This document shows, one piece after another, positions 19,824-28,410 of a stretch of DNA of 64,000 nucleotides. Where the stretch lies: NCBI GenBank assembly GCA_037189525.1, contig JBBCJC010000001.1, forward strand, positions 160,001 through 224,000, in the 5' to 3' direction. A program made the translations under genes and the position numbers. The DNA comes from Gemmatimonadales bacterium. Lineage in GTDB: Bacteria; Gemmatimonadota; Gemmatimonadetes; Gemmatimonadales; GWC2-71-9. Positions within the stretch are counted from its first letter, which is position 1, and each line of letters begins with the position of its first letter. The notes beneath the pieces were generated by a model. The model made no database searches, was not told where the DNA came from, and worked only from the letters and a program-made list of their open reading frames with translations.

Positions 19824-21347
19824 GTGGCCAAGTTCTACCTCACCACCGCAATCGATTACTCCAACGGCGACCCGCACCTGGGGCACGCGCTCGAGAAGGT
19901 CGGCGCCGACGTCATTGCGCGCTACCGGCGACTGCGGGGTGACGACGTTCATTTCCTGATGGGCATGGACGAGAACTCCCAGAGCGTGATCCAGATGTCC
20001 GAGCGGCACGGGATTACGCCGCAGGCCTGGGTCGATCAGATGGCCGACCGGTTTGCCCGATTCTGGAAGCGGCTCGATTGCAGTAACGACGACTGGATCA
20101 GGACCACCGAGGCGCGACACGTGCGCGCGGTCGAAGATCTGCTGCGCCGGATTCAGGAGCAGAGCCCCGACGACGTCTACCTGGCGGACTACGAGGGCCT
20201 CTACTGCACCGGGTGTGAGGAGTTCAAGACCGAGAGCCAGATCGTCGACGGGCGCTGCGGCGAACATCCGACCCTCACGCTGGTCCCGACCAAGGAGCGG
20301 AATCACTTCTTCCGCCTCTCGGCCTACGGCGATCGCTTGCTGGGCATGATCACGTCGGGTGAGCTGAGCGTCGAGCCGGCCATCCGGCGCAACGAGATGC
20401 TCCGGCTGATCGAAAGCGGCCTGCAGGACATTTCGATTTCGCGGTCGCGGCTGCCGTGGGGCATTCCCTTCCCGGAAAGCAGCCAGCATACCATCTACGT
20501 CTGGTTCGACGCCGTCATCAACTACCTCTCGGCGACCGGCTTTCCCGACGAGGGATACCAGCGTCTCTGGCCGGCCGATCTCCACATCATCGGCAAGGGC
20601 ATTTCCCGGTTCCACTGCGTCCTCTGGCCGGCGATGTGCCTGGCGGCCGGGATTGCGCCGCCGCGGGCCGTCTGGGCGCATGGCTATGTCCAGTGGCTGG
20701 GCACCAAGATGTCCAAGACGGCGGGCACGGCGGTCAACCTGGACGACGCCATCAACCGGCATGGTTCGGACGCGCTGCGCTACTTCCTGATGCGCGAAGT
20801 CGGCTTCGAAAATGATGGCGACTTTACCTGGGACCGGTTCGATGCGCGCTACACCTCCGACCTGGCCGACGGACTCGGCAACCTGACGGCGCGCTCCCTC
20901 GCGATGATCGAGCGCTACCGGAACGGTCTGGTCCCGGCCGGCCCGGACACCGAACTCGATCTGGTGGCGCGGGACCAGCTGATCCCGGCCTACCAGACGG
21001 CGCTCGACCAGTACGACCTGAAAGGCGCGCTCGAGGCCGCCTGGGGACTCGTCACGGCCGCGGACCTGTATATCACCCGATCCGCACCGTGGACCCTCGC
21101 CAAAGGCGGGGCCACCGAGGAGCTCGATACCGTCCTTGCCGCGCTCCACCGGACGCTGACCCGGCTGGCCCTCCTGACGTCGCCGTACCTGCCCGACCGG
21201 GCTGCGAAGATCTGGACCGCCCTCGGATACGGCACCCCGATCGACCGGGACGCCTGGGGCTTGCTGCAGAATGCGTCGGGGGCCGGGCTGACTGTTGCAC
21301 GTCCCGACATCCTGTTCCCCAAGCCCCCTCCGGCACCTGCATCGTAA
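19824..21347 (+). CDS. metG: Methionine--tRNA ligase (short form)
   Basis: PHLGHA (HIGH), Zn knuckle CTGC, YVWFDA, KMSKT. Confidence 0.95.
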   Translation: MAKFYLTTAIDYSNGDPHLGHALEKVGADVIARYRRLRGDDVHFLMGMDENSQSVIQMSERHGITPQAWVDQMADRFARFWKRLDCSNDDWIRTTEARHVRAVEDLLRRIQEQSPDDVYLADYEGLYCTGCEEFKTESQIVDGRCGEHPTLTLVPTKERNHFFRLSAYGDRLLGMITSGELSVEPAIRRNEMLRLIESGLQDISISRSRLPWGIPFPESSQHTIYVWFDAVINYLSATGFPDEGYQRLWPADLHIIGKGISRFHCVLWPAMCLAAGIAPPRAVWAHGYVQWLGTKMSKTAGTAVNLDDAINRHGSDALRYFLMREVGFENDGDFTWDRFDARYTSDLADGLGNLTARSLAMIERYRNGLVPAGPDTELDLVARDQLIPAYQTALDQYDLKGALEAAWGLVTAADLYITRSAPWTLAKGGATEELDTVLAALHRTLTRLALLTSPYLPDRAAKIWTALGYGTPIDRDAWGLLQNASGAGLTVARPDILFPKPPPAPAS

Positions 21348-21388
21348 GTCATTACGCTGCAACACAATACCTCGTCGGGTGCGAATGC

Positions 21389-21417
21389 TTGACAGGGGTG
21401 CCTTCGAGACGCATAAT
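21389..21417 (+). promoter_or_regulatory. Sigma70-type promoter
   Basis: TTGACA-17 bp-CATAAT. Confidence 0.8.
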
Positions 21418-21420
21418 TGG

Positions 21421-21554
21421 TCGGCTCCGCCAGGCGGGAAACTTGCTGGCGGACGTCACCGGGGGGCCTGGCTTCGGCCAGGTATCGTGGGGCATCAAGC
21501 CCGTCACATCGTGCAAGCCGGACATCCGCCGTCCTTAAACGACGGCAGGGCCGA
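21421..21554 (+). ncRNA. Structured 5' leader RNA (candidate riboswitch or ncRNA) upstream of the M23 peptidase
   Basis: Closing stem TCGGCTC/GGGCCGA enclosing hairpins TCCGCCA/TGGCGGA, CCTGGC-TTCG-GCCAGG, GGGC-ATCAA-GCCC and GCCGTC-CTTAAAC-GACGGC. Confidence 0.55.
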
Positions 21555-21571
21555 GTCCGTGCCAGGTGGGC

Positions 21572-22492
21572 ATGAAGAAGAACCGCTGGACCGTCATCGT
21601 CGTTCCGCAGGGATCGAGTACCTCTCGCGTCATCGAGGTTACCGAAACTGCCATGAAACTCGGCGGCATTCTCGCGCTGGGTGCGGTGATCGTCGCGCTC
21701 TTCCTGGGTTATGGCACCGTGGCCCGCTCGATCAACATGTACGAAGCGCAGACCATCGCCGAAGAGAATGCGCGGCTGGCGGCTGACCTCAATACCATCC
21801 AGGGCCGTCTGGCCCGGCTGACCGATTCGATCTCCGCTCTCGAAATCCACGACAACCGGATCCGCCTGCTCGCCAACCTCGAGCCGATCGATCCGCAGGT
21901 CCACGCCGCCGGTATCGGTGGTCCGGCCCCGGTGGACAGTCGCTCGGAGGCCAAGGGTGAACTCGAATCGCGCGCGAGCGCAGTCCGGGTCGACGTCGAT
22001 GCCCTGATCCGGCGGGCCAATCTGCTGACGCGTTCCTTCCGCGAAGCCGCCGACAGCCTCGCCTCGCACACCGACCGGCTGGCCGCCACTCCGTCGATCA
22101 TGCCGACCAACGGCTGGCTAAGCAGCGCCTTTGCCGCCATGCGCGACCATCCGATCCTGCACACGGCGCGCCCGCACGAAGGGGTCGACATTACGGCGCC
22201 GATGGGCACGCCGATCGAGGCCCCCGCTCGGGGACGCGTCACGTTCGCGGGATGGGAAACGGGTTACGGCAACATGGTGGTGATCGATCACGGCTACGGC
22301 ATCGTCACCAAGTTTGCCCACGCATCACGCTTGCTCGTGAGCGTGGGCACTCGGGTCGAACGGGGCCAGCGGATTGCGCTGGTCGGCAACAGCGGCCTGT
22401 CCACCAGCCCCCACCTGCATTACGAAGTGCACGTCAACGGCCGTCCGGTCAACCCGCTGCGCTACCTGCTTCCGGACGTCGTTACCGACTGA
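21572..22492 (+). CDS. M23-family metallopeptidase (TM helix, coiled coil, LytM domain)
   Basis: HEGVD (HxxxD), YGNMVVIDHG, STSPHLHYEV (HxH). Confidence 0.95.
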   Translation: MKKNRWTVIVVPQGSSTSRVIEVTETAMKLGGILALGAVIVALFLGYGTVARSINMYEAQTIAEENARLAADLNTIQGRLARLTDSISALEIHDNRIRLLANLEPIDPQVHAAGIGGPAPVDSRSEAKGELESRASAVRVDVDALIRRANLLTRSFREAADSLASHTDRLAATPSIMPTNGWLSSAFAAMRDHPILHTARPHEGVDITAPMGTPIEAPARGRVTFAGWETGYGNMVVIDHGYGIVTKFAHASRLLVSVGTRVERGQRIALVGNSGLSTSPHLHYEVHVNGRPVNPLRYLLPDVVTD

Positions 22493-22499
22493 CCTCCCG

Positions 22500-23066
22500 C
22501 TAGAACTTGACCTGCGGCGCCGCTTCCGCGCCCGGGCTCGCTTCGAAATACGGTTTCGTGGTTCCCGCTCCGAAAATCTTGGCCGTCAGATTGTACGGGA
22601 AGGTCCGGACGTAGGTGTTGTAGTCCCGCACCGCGCCGTTGTAGTCCTGCCTGGCTACCGAGATCCGATTCTCGGTGCCCTCGAGCTGGCTCTGGAGATC
22701 CAGAAAGTTCTGGTTCGACTTGAGCTCGGGATAGTTCTCCACCAGCGCCAGCAGGCGCCCGAGCGGCTGACGGAGCGCTTCGTCGGCCTGGGCCATGTCG
22801 GCCACGCTGCCAGACTGGACCGCGCCCGCCAGCCGCGAACGCGCTTCGGCCACCGAGATGAAGATGGTCGACTCCTGTTTGGCTACGCCGCGCACGACTT
22901 CGACCAGGTTCGGAATCAGGTCCGCCCGACGCTGCAGCTGTGCCTGGACGTCGCCGAGAGCCTTGTTGACCCCCTCGTCCTTGGCCTGGATCTGATTGTA
23001 CCCGCACCCGGTTCCGGCGCCGATCACGAGCGCAGCCAACGCAATGGGGCGAATCACGGCGAGCAT
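22500..23066 (-). CDS. lemA: LemA family protein
   Basis: QLQRRADLIPNLV, VENYPELKSNQNF, LEGTENRISVARQDYN; lipobox-like GTGC. Confidence 0.95.
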   Translation of the reverse strand: MLAVIRPIALAALVIGAGTGCGYNQIQAKDEGVNKALGDVQAQLQRRADLIPNLVEVVRGVAKQESTIFISVAEARSRLAGAVQSGSVADMAQADEALRQPLGRLLALVENYPELKSNQNFLDLQSQLEGTENRISVARQDYNGAVRDYNTYVRTFPYNLTAKIFGAGTTKPYFEASPGAEAAPQVKF

Positions 23067-23788
23067 TACGGGGTCCCTCCCAGATGGAATTGATCGATGA
23101 ACTGCACGGCGCGGCCAACCGCAGCCAGATAACGTTCGGTTGCCTCGCGCCCAATCGCGGGCCGACTGCTCCCGCGCGCCTGATAGATCGCACGCACCGA
23201 CGGCGCATCGAAGCCGATGACCGCCGATGCCCGTTCGATGACCTGTGGGGTATCGATCGGCGCCCTGCCCTCCGCCAGCACCAGCGTGGCCCGAAACAAG
23301 ACCCCCAGCACGGCAATGCTGCGCACCACCGTGTCCGCCAGGACGCCGGGCTGCTCGTCGAGCAGGGCGTACGCCTGACGCAATCGCAGCAGCTTGCCAC
23401 GGAACTCCCGCTCCAGAGCGCGCCGGAGATCGCCCGGCGCCACCACCATCCGCTCGAGCGGATCGGGGCCGGCCAGGATGCGGCGGGCCACCTGCATATC
23501 GACGATCTCGATCGGAAAGACGTCGGCCGAGCGGCGCCATTCCTCGAGGGTGAAAATGAGCGGCGGCACCCGCGAGTGCGCCCGGAGCGGTTCGATGGCC
23601 GCCCGCAGGCGCTGCAGCACCGGCGGTTCGAGCGACTCGGTCACCAGCAGCACGTTGAGATCCGAATAGTCGTCGAGATGCTCGCCTCGGGCGGCCGAGC
23701 CGTACAGCACGGCGGAGGCGGTCGCGCCTAACGACTCGCTCACGCTGACGCCGACTTTGTCGATGATCGCCCTGACCTCTGGTCGCAT
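23066..23788 (-). CDS. Nucleotidyltransferase-domain protein (pol-beta fold plus helical C-terminal domain)
   Basis: VLYGSAARG...SDLNVL, DVFPIEIVDM; overlaps both neighbours by 1 nt. Confidence 0.8.
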   Translation of the reverse strand: MRPEVRAIIDKVGVSVSESLGATASAVLYGSAARGEHLDDYSDLNVLLVTESLEPPVLQRLRAAIEPLRAHSRVPPLIFTLEEWRRSADVFPIEIVDMQVARRILAGPDPLERMVVAPGDLRRALEREFRGKLLRLRQAYALLDEQPGVLADTVVRSIAVLGVLFRATLVLAEGRAPIDTPQVIERASAVIGFDAPSVRAIYQARGSSRPAIGREATERYLAAVGRAVQFIDQFHLGGTP

Positions 23789-24702
23789 CAGAAATTCCCT
23801 CCGGCTCCGCCCCCGCTGAATCCGCCGCCGCCGCCGAATCCGCCAAACCCGCCTCCGCCACCACCCCAACTGCCGCCGCCCCAGCCACCGCCGGACCGGC
23901 GTCCCATCTGACTGCCCAGTACGGCGCCGAGCCAATGGGCCCACTCGTCCTCGGAACCGCGTCTCGAACGATAGCGGCCTCCTCTGCCGCCACCGGACCC
24001 GGGGCCGCCGCCGCGCGAGATCGCAATGGCCATGACCACGAGGATGATGGCCCCGGCGACGACGAGCCCGATGGCCTCGCGCGGAATGGCCCGATCGTCC
24101 CGCGCGAAGATCGACCGATCCTCGCCCACCAGGCTGGAGTCGGTCACCCCAAACCCGGTGGCGATGACCGAGACCAGGTCCGTCACGCCGCGCTCGATGC
24201 CGCCGCCGTAGTCGCCGGCCGAGAGGAGCGGGCGCATCCGGTCGCGAATCCGGCCGGCCATCGCGTCCGTCACGAAGCCCTCGACGCCCCGACCGGTCGC
24301 AATGAACATCCGGCCTGCCGTCGAATCGGTCCGCGGAACGATCAGCATGACCACCCCGGCATTCCGGCGCGGATCCCCGATCTCGGCCGCCGCGCCGACC
24401 TTCCAGGTGCGGCCGATCGCGACCGCCACGTCCACCGGTTCGTAGTTGCCCAGCGTGGGAAGGGTCACCACCGCGATCTCGGCCCCGGTCCGCTGGCGGA
24501 GCAGATCGATCCGCGCCGCGATGCTCGCCGAGCGATCGGCGGGAATGAGGTGCGCCTGGTCGACCACATACCCGGCTGGCGTCGGGGGAAACAGCTGCTC
24601 GATCGAGGCGCGCTGCGCCACCGCTGCCCCCGCAATGCATTGGAGCAGGCCCAGTATCAGACTAACTTTCCCGTGTGTTCCGAGCCGCATTCGTCGCGTC
24701 AT
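23788..24702 (-). CDS. TPM-domain protein with Gly-rich tail (start uncertain)
   Basis: YVVDQAHLI, GAEIAVVT, WKVG...NAGVVMLI, IATGRGVEG, TM helix, GFGGFGGGGGFSGGGAGG. Confidence 0.9.
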   Translation of the reverse strand: MTRRMRLGTHGKVSLILGLLQCIAGAAVAQRASIEQLFPPTPAGYVVDQAHLIPADRSASIAARIDLLRQRTGAEIAVVTLPTLGNYEPVDVAVAIGRTWKVGAAAEIGDPRRNAGVVMLIVPRTDSTAGRMFIATGRGVEGFVTDAMAGRIRDRMRPLLSAGDYGGGIERGVTDLVSVIATGFGVTDSSLVGEDRSIFARDDRAIPREAIGLVVAGAIILVVMAIAISRGGGPGSGGGRGGRYRSRRGSEDEWAHWLGAVLGSQMGRRSGGGWGGGSWGGGGGGFGGFGGGGGFSGGGAGGNF

Positions 24703-25385
24703 GCCTCTTCGTTGCCGCGTGTGGTCGGCCTGACCATACCGTGCGCGTGTCAGTTCCCGACCTCGATGGCATCGACACCCCGCTCGCCGGGGTCATCGTC
24801 ACCTTCCTGCCCTACGACCGTGACCAAATCCTCGCACAACTCGAGGAAAAAGCCGGGTCGCGTCCTCATACGCAGGAACTCGACAGTCTGTTTCGGCTGT
24901 TTCGAACGCCGTACTCGGCCTATGTCCGCGCCAGCGAGCGCGCGCGGACGACACGACGGCTGCACGACAGTCTGCTCACCACCCGCGGTGCAGACGATGC
25001 GGAGGTTCGGGCTCTGGCTGACTCGGCCGCCCGAATCGATCACGAACTCATAACGGCGCGAGCGACGCTGGACGCCGTACGCGACACTGTTGAGCCGGCC
25101 ATTGCCCGACTGCGAGACGCTAGCCGACGCTGGGAAGATACCACCTATCGCGAGTTCCGGCGATTAGCGCGCAATGCGAGGCGCGGATTCTTTGCCCGCC
25201 CCTTTGCCGATACCACCGATGCGGAAGGCTGGGCATCGATCCGGCTGGTCGGGCGGAACTGGTGGGTCATGGCGCAGGCCCTCGATCCGACGGACCCGAA
25301 CGGCGAATGGTACTGGAATCTCCCGCTCGACGGCGATACCGTCTATCTCGACTCCCGAACCGGCCGGCTCCGGCCCAGGTACTGA
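24675..25385 (+). CDS. Hypothetical lipoprotein with coiled-coil insert
   Basis: Lipobox VAAC; protein-like composition; ends 2 nt before the next gene. Confidence 0.7.
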   Translation: MFRAAFVASCLFVAACGRPDHTVRVSVPDLDGIDTPLAGVIVTFLPYDRDQILAQLEEKAGSRPHTQELDSLFRLFRTPYSAYVRASERARTTRRLHDSLLTTRGADDAEVRALADSAARIDHELITARATLDAVRDTVEPAIARLRDASRRWEDTTYREFRRLARNARRGFFARPFADTTDAEGWASIRLVGRNWWVMAQALDPTDPNGEWYWNLPLDGDTVYLDSRTGRLRPRY

Positions 25386-25387
25386 TC

Positions 25388-26002
25388 ATGTTGCGTACCC
25401 TCCTCGTCGTCCTCTCGTTAGGCACCGCGCTGGCCGCGACGGCGGACGCCCAGAACATTCCGCTGTCGGCCCGGTCCAAGGGATCGCCGAATGCGCCGAT
25501 CGTGGTCTACGAGATGTCGGATTTCCAGTGCCCGTTTTGCCGCCGGCACGCGCTGGAAACCTTTCCGTCTCTCGACCGTGAATACATCCAGACGGGCAAG
25601 GTCCGCTGGGTCTTCGTGAATCTGCCGCTCACCTCGATTCACCCGAACGCGGTTCCCGCGGCGGCGGTCGCCATGTGCGCCGCCAAGCACGGGAAGTTCT
25701 GGCCCGCGCATGATCTGATTTTCCGCCATCAGGAAACCTGGGGACCGCTCCGCAATCCGGCCCCGTTCTTCCTGACGCTGATCGATTCGCTCCGCCTGCC
25801 CAAGGCGCCGATGACGGCCTGCCTCGAGAAGGACGAGATGGTGGCGCAGATCCGGTCGGATGCCGAAGGCGCCGTCAAGAGCGGAGCGCAGAGCACGCCG
25901 ACGTTCTACGTCGAAGGCGGCCTGATCGTCGGATCGCAGCCGCTCCAACTCTTCCGCGCGGTCCTGGATTCGCTCCACGCAGCCAAGACCCGGAAACCGT
26001 GA
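25388..26002 (+). CDS. DsbA/thioredoxin-fold disulfide oxidoreductase
   Basis: Signal peptide, SDFQCPFC (CxxC), STPTF cis-Pro loop. Confidence 0.92.
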   Translation: MLRTLLVVLSLGTALAATADAQNIPLSARSKGSPNAPIVVYEMSDFQCPFCRRHALETFPSLDREYIQTGKVRWVFVNLPLTSIHPNAVPAAAVAMCAAKHGKFWPAHDLIFRHQETWGPLRNPAPFFLTLIDSLRLPKAPMTACLEKDEMVAQIRSDAEGAVKSGAQSTPTFYVEGGLIVGSQPLQLFRAVLDSLHAAKTRKP

Positions 26003-26904
26003 TCCTCAAGAATCTCCAGTATCTGGTGGCGCTCGCACGAGAGAAACACTTCGCGCGCGCCGCCGCCGCCTGCGGCGTGACGCAACCGACCCTGTCGGCC
26101 GGACTCAAACAGCTCGAGGAAGATTTGGGTCTGCTGCTGGTCAGGCGAGCTCAGCGGTTCGAAGGCCTGACATCGGAAGGCGAACGGGTTCTGGAGTGGG
26201 CCTTCCGCGTTCTGGGCGACTACGACAGCCTGCTGCAGGAAGCCAGCGAACTTCGAGGCGGACTCTCCGGACGCCTGAGCATCGGCGTGATTCCCACCGC
26301 ACTGCCCATGGTGACCCTGCTGACCGCTCCCTTCGTGGCGACTCATCCCAAGGTAGCGGTGCAGGTGATTTCCCTATCTTCCCAGGAAATCCAGCGAGGC
26401 CTGGACGACTTCAGCCTCGATGCGGGCGTCACCTACCTCGACAACGAACCGCTCGCCAACGTCCGGGGCATTCCGCTCTACCGGGAGCAATATTTCCTGT
26501 TCACTCCGCGGACCAGCGAAATCGCCGGCCGCGCTCACGTCAGCTGGGCAGATGCCGCCGGAGAGGGTCTCTGCCTGCTGACGCCGAACATGCAGAACCG
26601 GCGAATCATCGACGGCCACTTTACCGCCGTCGGCATCGCGGCCACGCCCGCCGTGGAGACCAATTCGGTCCTGGCGCTCTGGGCGCATCTGCAGACGGGT
26701 CGCTGGGCCAGCGTGCTGCCCCAGACCTTCCTGTACCTGTTCGGCGTTCCTGCGAACCTTGCGGTCATTCCCATCGAAGGGCCGGACCAGGGATTCACCA
26801 TCGGCGTCGCCGTCCCCGACCGGGAGCCGCTGACCCCGTCGGCCCGGGAGTTGACCCGCCTGGCCGAGACCTTGGACCTCGACTCGGCCATGAGCCGACG
26901 CTGA
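25999..26904 (+). CDS. LysR-family regulator, probably of the formate dehydrogenase locus
   Basis: HFARAAAACGVTQPTLSAGLKQLEEDLG HTH; adjacent to the fds genes. Confidence 0.93.
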   Translation: MILKNLQYLVALAREKHFARAAAACGVTQPTLSAGLKQLEEDLGLLLVRRAQRFEGLTSEGERVLEWAFRVLGDYDSLLQEASELRGGLSGRLSIGVIPTALPMVTLLTAPFVATHPKVAVQVISLSSQEIQRGLDDFSLDAGVTYLDNEPLANVRGIPLYREQYFLFTPRTSEIAGRAHVSWADAAGEGLCLLTPNMQNRRIIDGHFTAVGIAATPAVETNSVLALWAHLQTGRWASVLPQTFLYLFGVPANLAVIPIEGPDQGFTIGVAVPDREPLTPSARELTRLAETLDLDSAMSRR

Positions 26905-26906
26905 GC

Positions 26907-26948
26907 GTCAGGCAGTGATCGTCAGGCGGTGATGGTCAGGCGGTGACC
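26907..26948. repeat. Three tandem 14-bp repeats covering the fdhD stop codon
   Basis: GTCAGGCAGTGATC / GTCAGGCGGTGATG / GTCAGGCGGTGACC. Confidence 0.85.
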
Positions 26949-27784
26949 CGCTCCGCCCCGGTATAGACGGTGCGGCGGTTCCCCCGGGCAAAACCCACCA
27001 GCGTCATTCCCGCCTGCTCCGCAACTCGAATCGCCAGGCCGGTTGGTGCGGATATGGCCGCGAGCAGCGGGGCGCCGAATCGGGCCGCCTTCTGCGCCAT
27101 CTCGAAACTGGCCCGACTGGTCACCACGACGAAGCCGGCCCCCGGATCGACCCCGCGCCGGAGGGCCGCGCCGATCAGTTTGTCGAGCGCGTTGTGCCGG
27201 CCGACATCTTCCCGCACCAATTCGAGCGTCCCGTCGGCGCGTGCCCAGCCGGCGGCGTGCACCGCCCCGGCCTCCGCATTGAGCGGCTGCGCCCGATCCA
27301 GCGCAGCAAACGCCGACGCCAGCGCCGCTCCCGAAACCGGACGCCCGGGCGCCACCGGTCGCACCTCGCGCACCACGTCGCGAAACGCCTCCGCTCCGCA
27401 GATCCCGCACCCGGTCCGCCCGGTCAGCCGCCGCCCGCGCGCCTGAATCCCGGCCATCCGTTCCTCCACGACGTCGATCTGCAGTTCGATCCCCTGGCTG
27501 AATCGAACGACGGCGACACCCCGGATGTCTCCCGCGGATTCGATCAGCCCTTCGGTATAGCTGAAGCCGAGGGCGAAATCCTCGAGGTGCTCGGGGGTCG
27601 CCATCATGACGAGATGGGAAACGCCGTTGTAGACCAGCGCAACCGGGACCTCTTCCGCCACCGGTTCCACCGTATCGGCCACCTCGGCTCCGGCCCACCG
27701 CCGCGCCGGCCGACGTTCGATCGGCTCCAGGTACCCCAGTCGGCCGAGCCCCGATCCCGGGACCATCGCTTCGTGCTCGCTCAT
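26936..27784 (-). CDS. fdhD: Formate dehydrogenase accessory sulfurtransferase FdhD/FdsC
   Basis: AEEVPVAL, GFSYTEG, CGICG, VHAAGW, EDVGRHNALDKLIG, SAPT. Confidence 0.96.
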   Translation of the reverse strand: MSEHEAMVPGSGLGRLGYLEPIERRPARRWAGAEVADTVEPVAEEVPVALVYNGVSHLVMMATPEHLEDFALGFSYTEGLIESAGDIRGVAVVRFSQGIELQIDVVEERMAGIQARGRRLTGRTGCGICGAEAFRDVVREVRPVAPGRPVSGAALASAFAALDRAQPLNAEAGAVHAAGWARADGTLELVREDVGRHNALDKLIGAALRRGVDPGAGFVVVTSRASFEMAQKAARFGAPLLAAISAPTGLAIRVAEQAGMTLVGFARGNRRTVYTGAERVTA

Positions 27785-27848
27785 CGGAAATGACCCCGTC
27801 TGATCGATCCTGCCTCAATATATCGGTCAATTCGTCCGCGAATCGTCA

Positions 27849-27886
27849 TGATAGTTTTTGTCTATCACGACATCGGACTATTCGAT
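27849..27886. promoter_or_regulatory. Tandem LysR-type boxes between divergent fdhD and fdsG
   Basis: ATAG-N7-CTAT (27851-65) and ATCG-N7-CGAT (27872-86), both fitting T-N11-A. Confidence 0.65.
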
Positions 27887-27921
27887 TTGCGGTTCGGCAC
27901 CGATGCACGAAGCTTAGAAGG

Positions 27922-28410
27922 ATGTCTGATGATGTATCAATTCCGACCCCTGATGTCGGCGAAACGATCGATACGGCCATCCGCCAACACCAGCATCGCG
28001 CCGGCCCGCTGCTCCCCATCCTTCATCAGGTTCAGGAACGACTCGGCTACGTACCCGGTGAAGCCGTGGCGATGATTGCGCAGCGACTGAATCTGTCCCG
28101 GGCCGAGGTCCACGGAGTGGTGTCGTTCTATCACGACTTCCGCGAAGCTCCGGCCGGACGAACGGTGCTGCGCATCTGCCGGGCCGAGTCGTGTCAGGCA
28201 GTCGGGGCGGAAGGGCTGATCGACCGGGCCCGCGACGTGCTGGGCATCGACTGGCATGAGACGACCTCGGACGGCGCCGTAACGCTCGAACCGGTCTATT
28301 GTCTCGGCAATTGTGCCCTGTCGCCCGCGCTGACGCTGGGCGGGCGGATTCACGGCCGGGTCACCCCCGAAGGGTTCGAGCAGTTGCTGACCGAGGCGCG
28401 CGAATCATGA
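27922..28410 (+). CDS. fdsG: NAD-dependent formate dehydrogenase gamma subunit (NuoE-like)
   Basis: LNLSRAEVHGVVSFYHDF, CRAESC...CLGNC [2Fe-2S]. Confidence 0.95.
   Translation: MSDDVSIPTPDVGETIDTAIRQHQHRAGPLLPILHQVQERLGYVPGEAVAMIAQRLNLSRAEVHGVVSFYHDFREAPAGRTVLRICRAESCQAVGAEGLIDRARDVLGIDWHETTSDGAVTLEPVYCLGNCALSPALTLGGRIHGRVTPEGFEQLLTEARES

Noticed and set aside
23795..23895. GCC/CCG-rich repetitive DNA
   Set aside because: Encodes the ordinary Gly-rich tail of the TPM protein
22500..24640. Long ORFs 22500..24026 and 23066..24640 suggesting fusions or frameshifting
   Set aside because: The N-terminal extensions are off-frame readings of upstream genes; real starts sit at TAATG/TGATG overlaps
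26907..26948. Short repeats as a CRISPR remnant
   Set aside because: 14-bp units with no spacers and no cas genes
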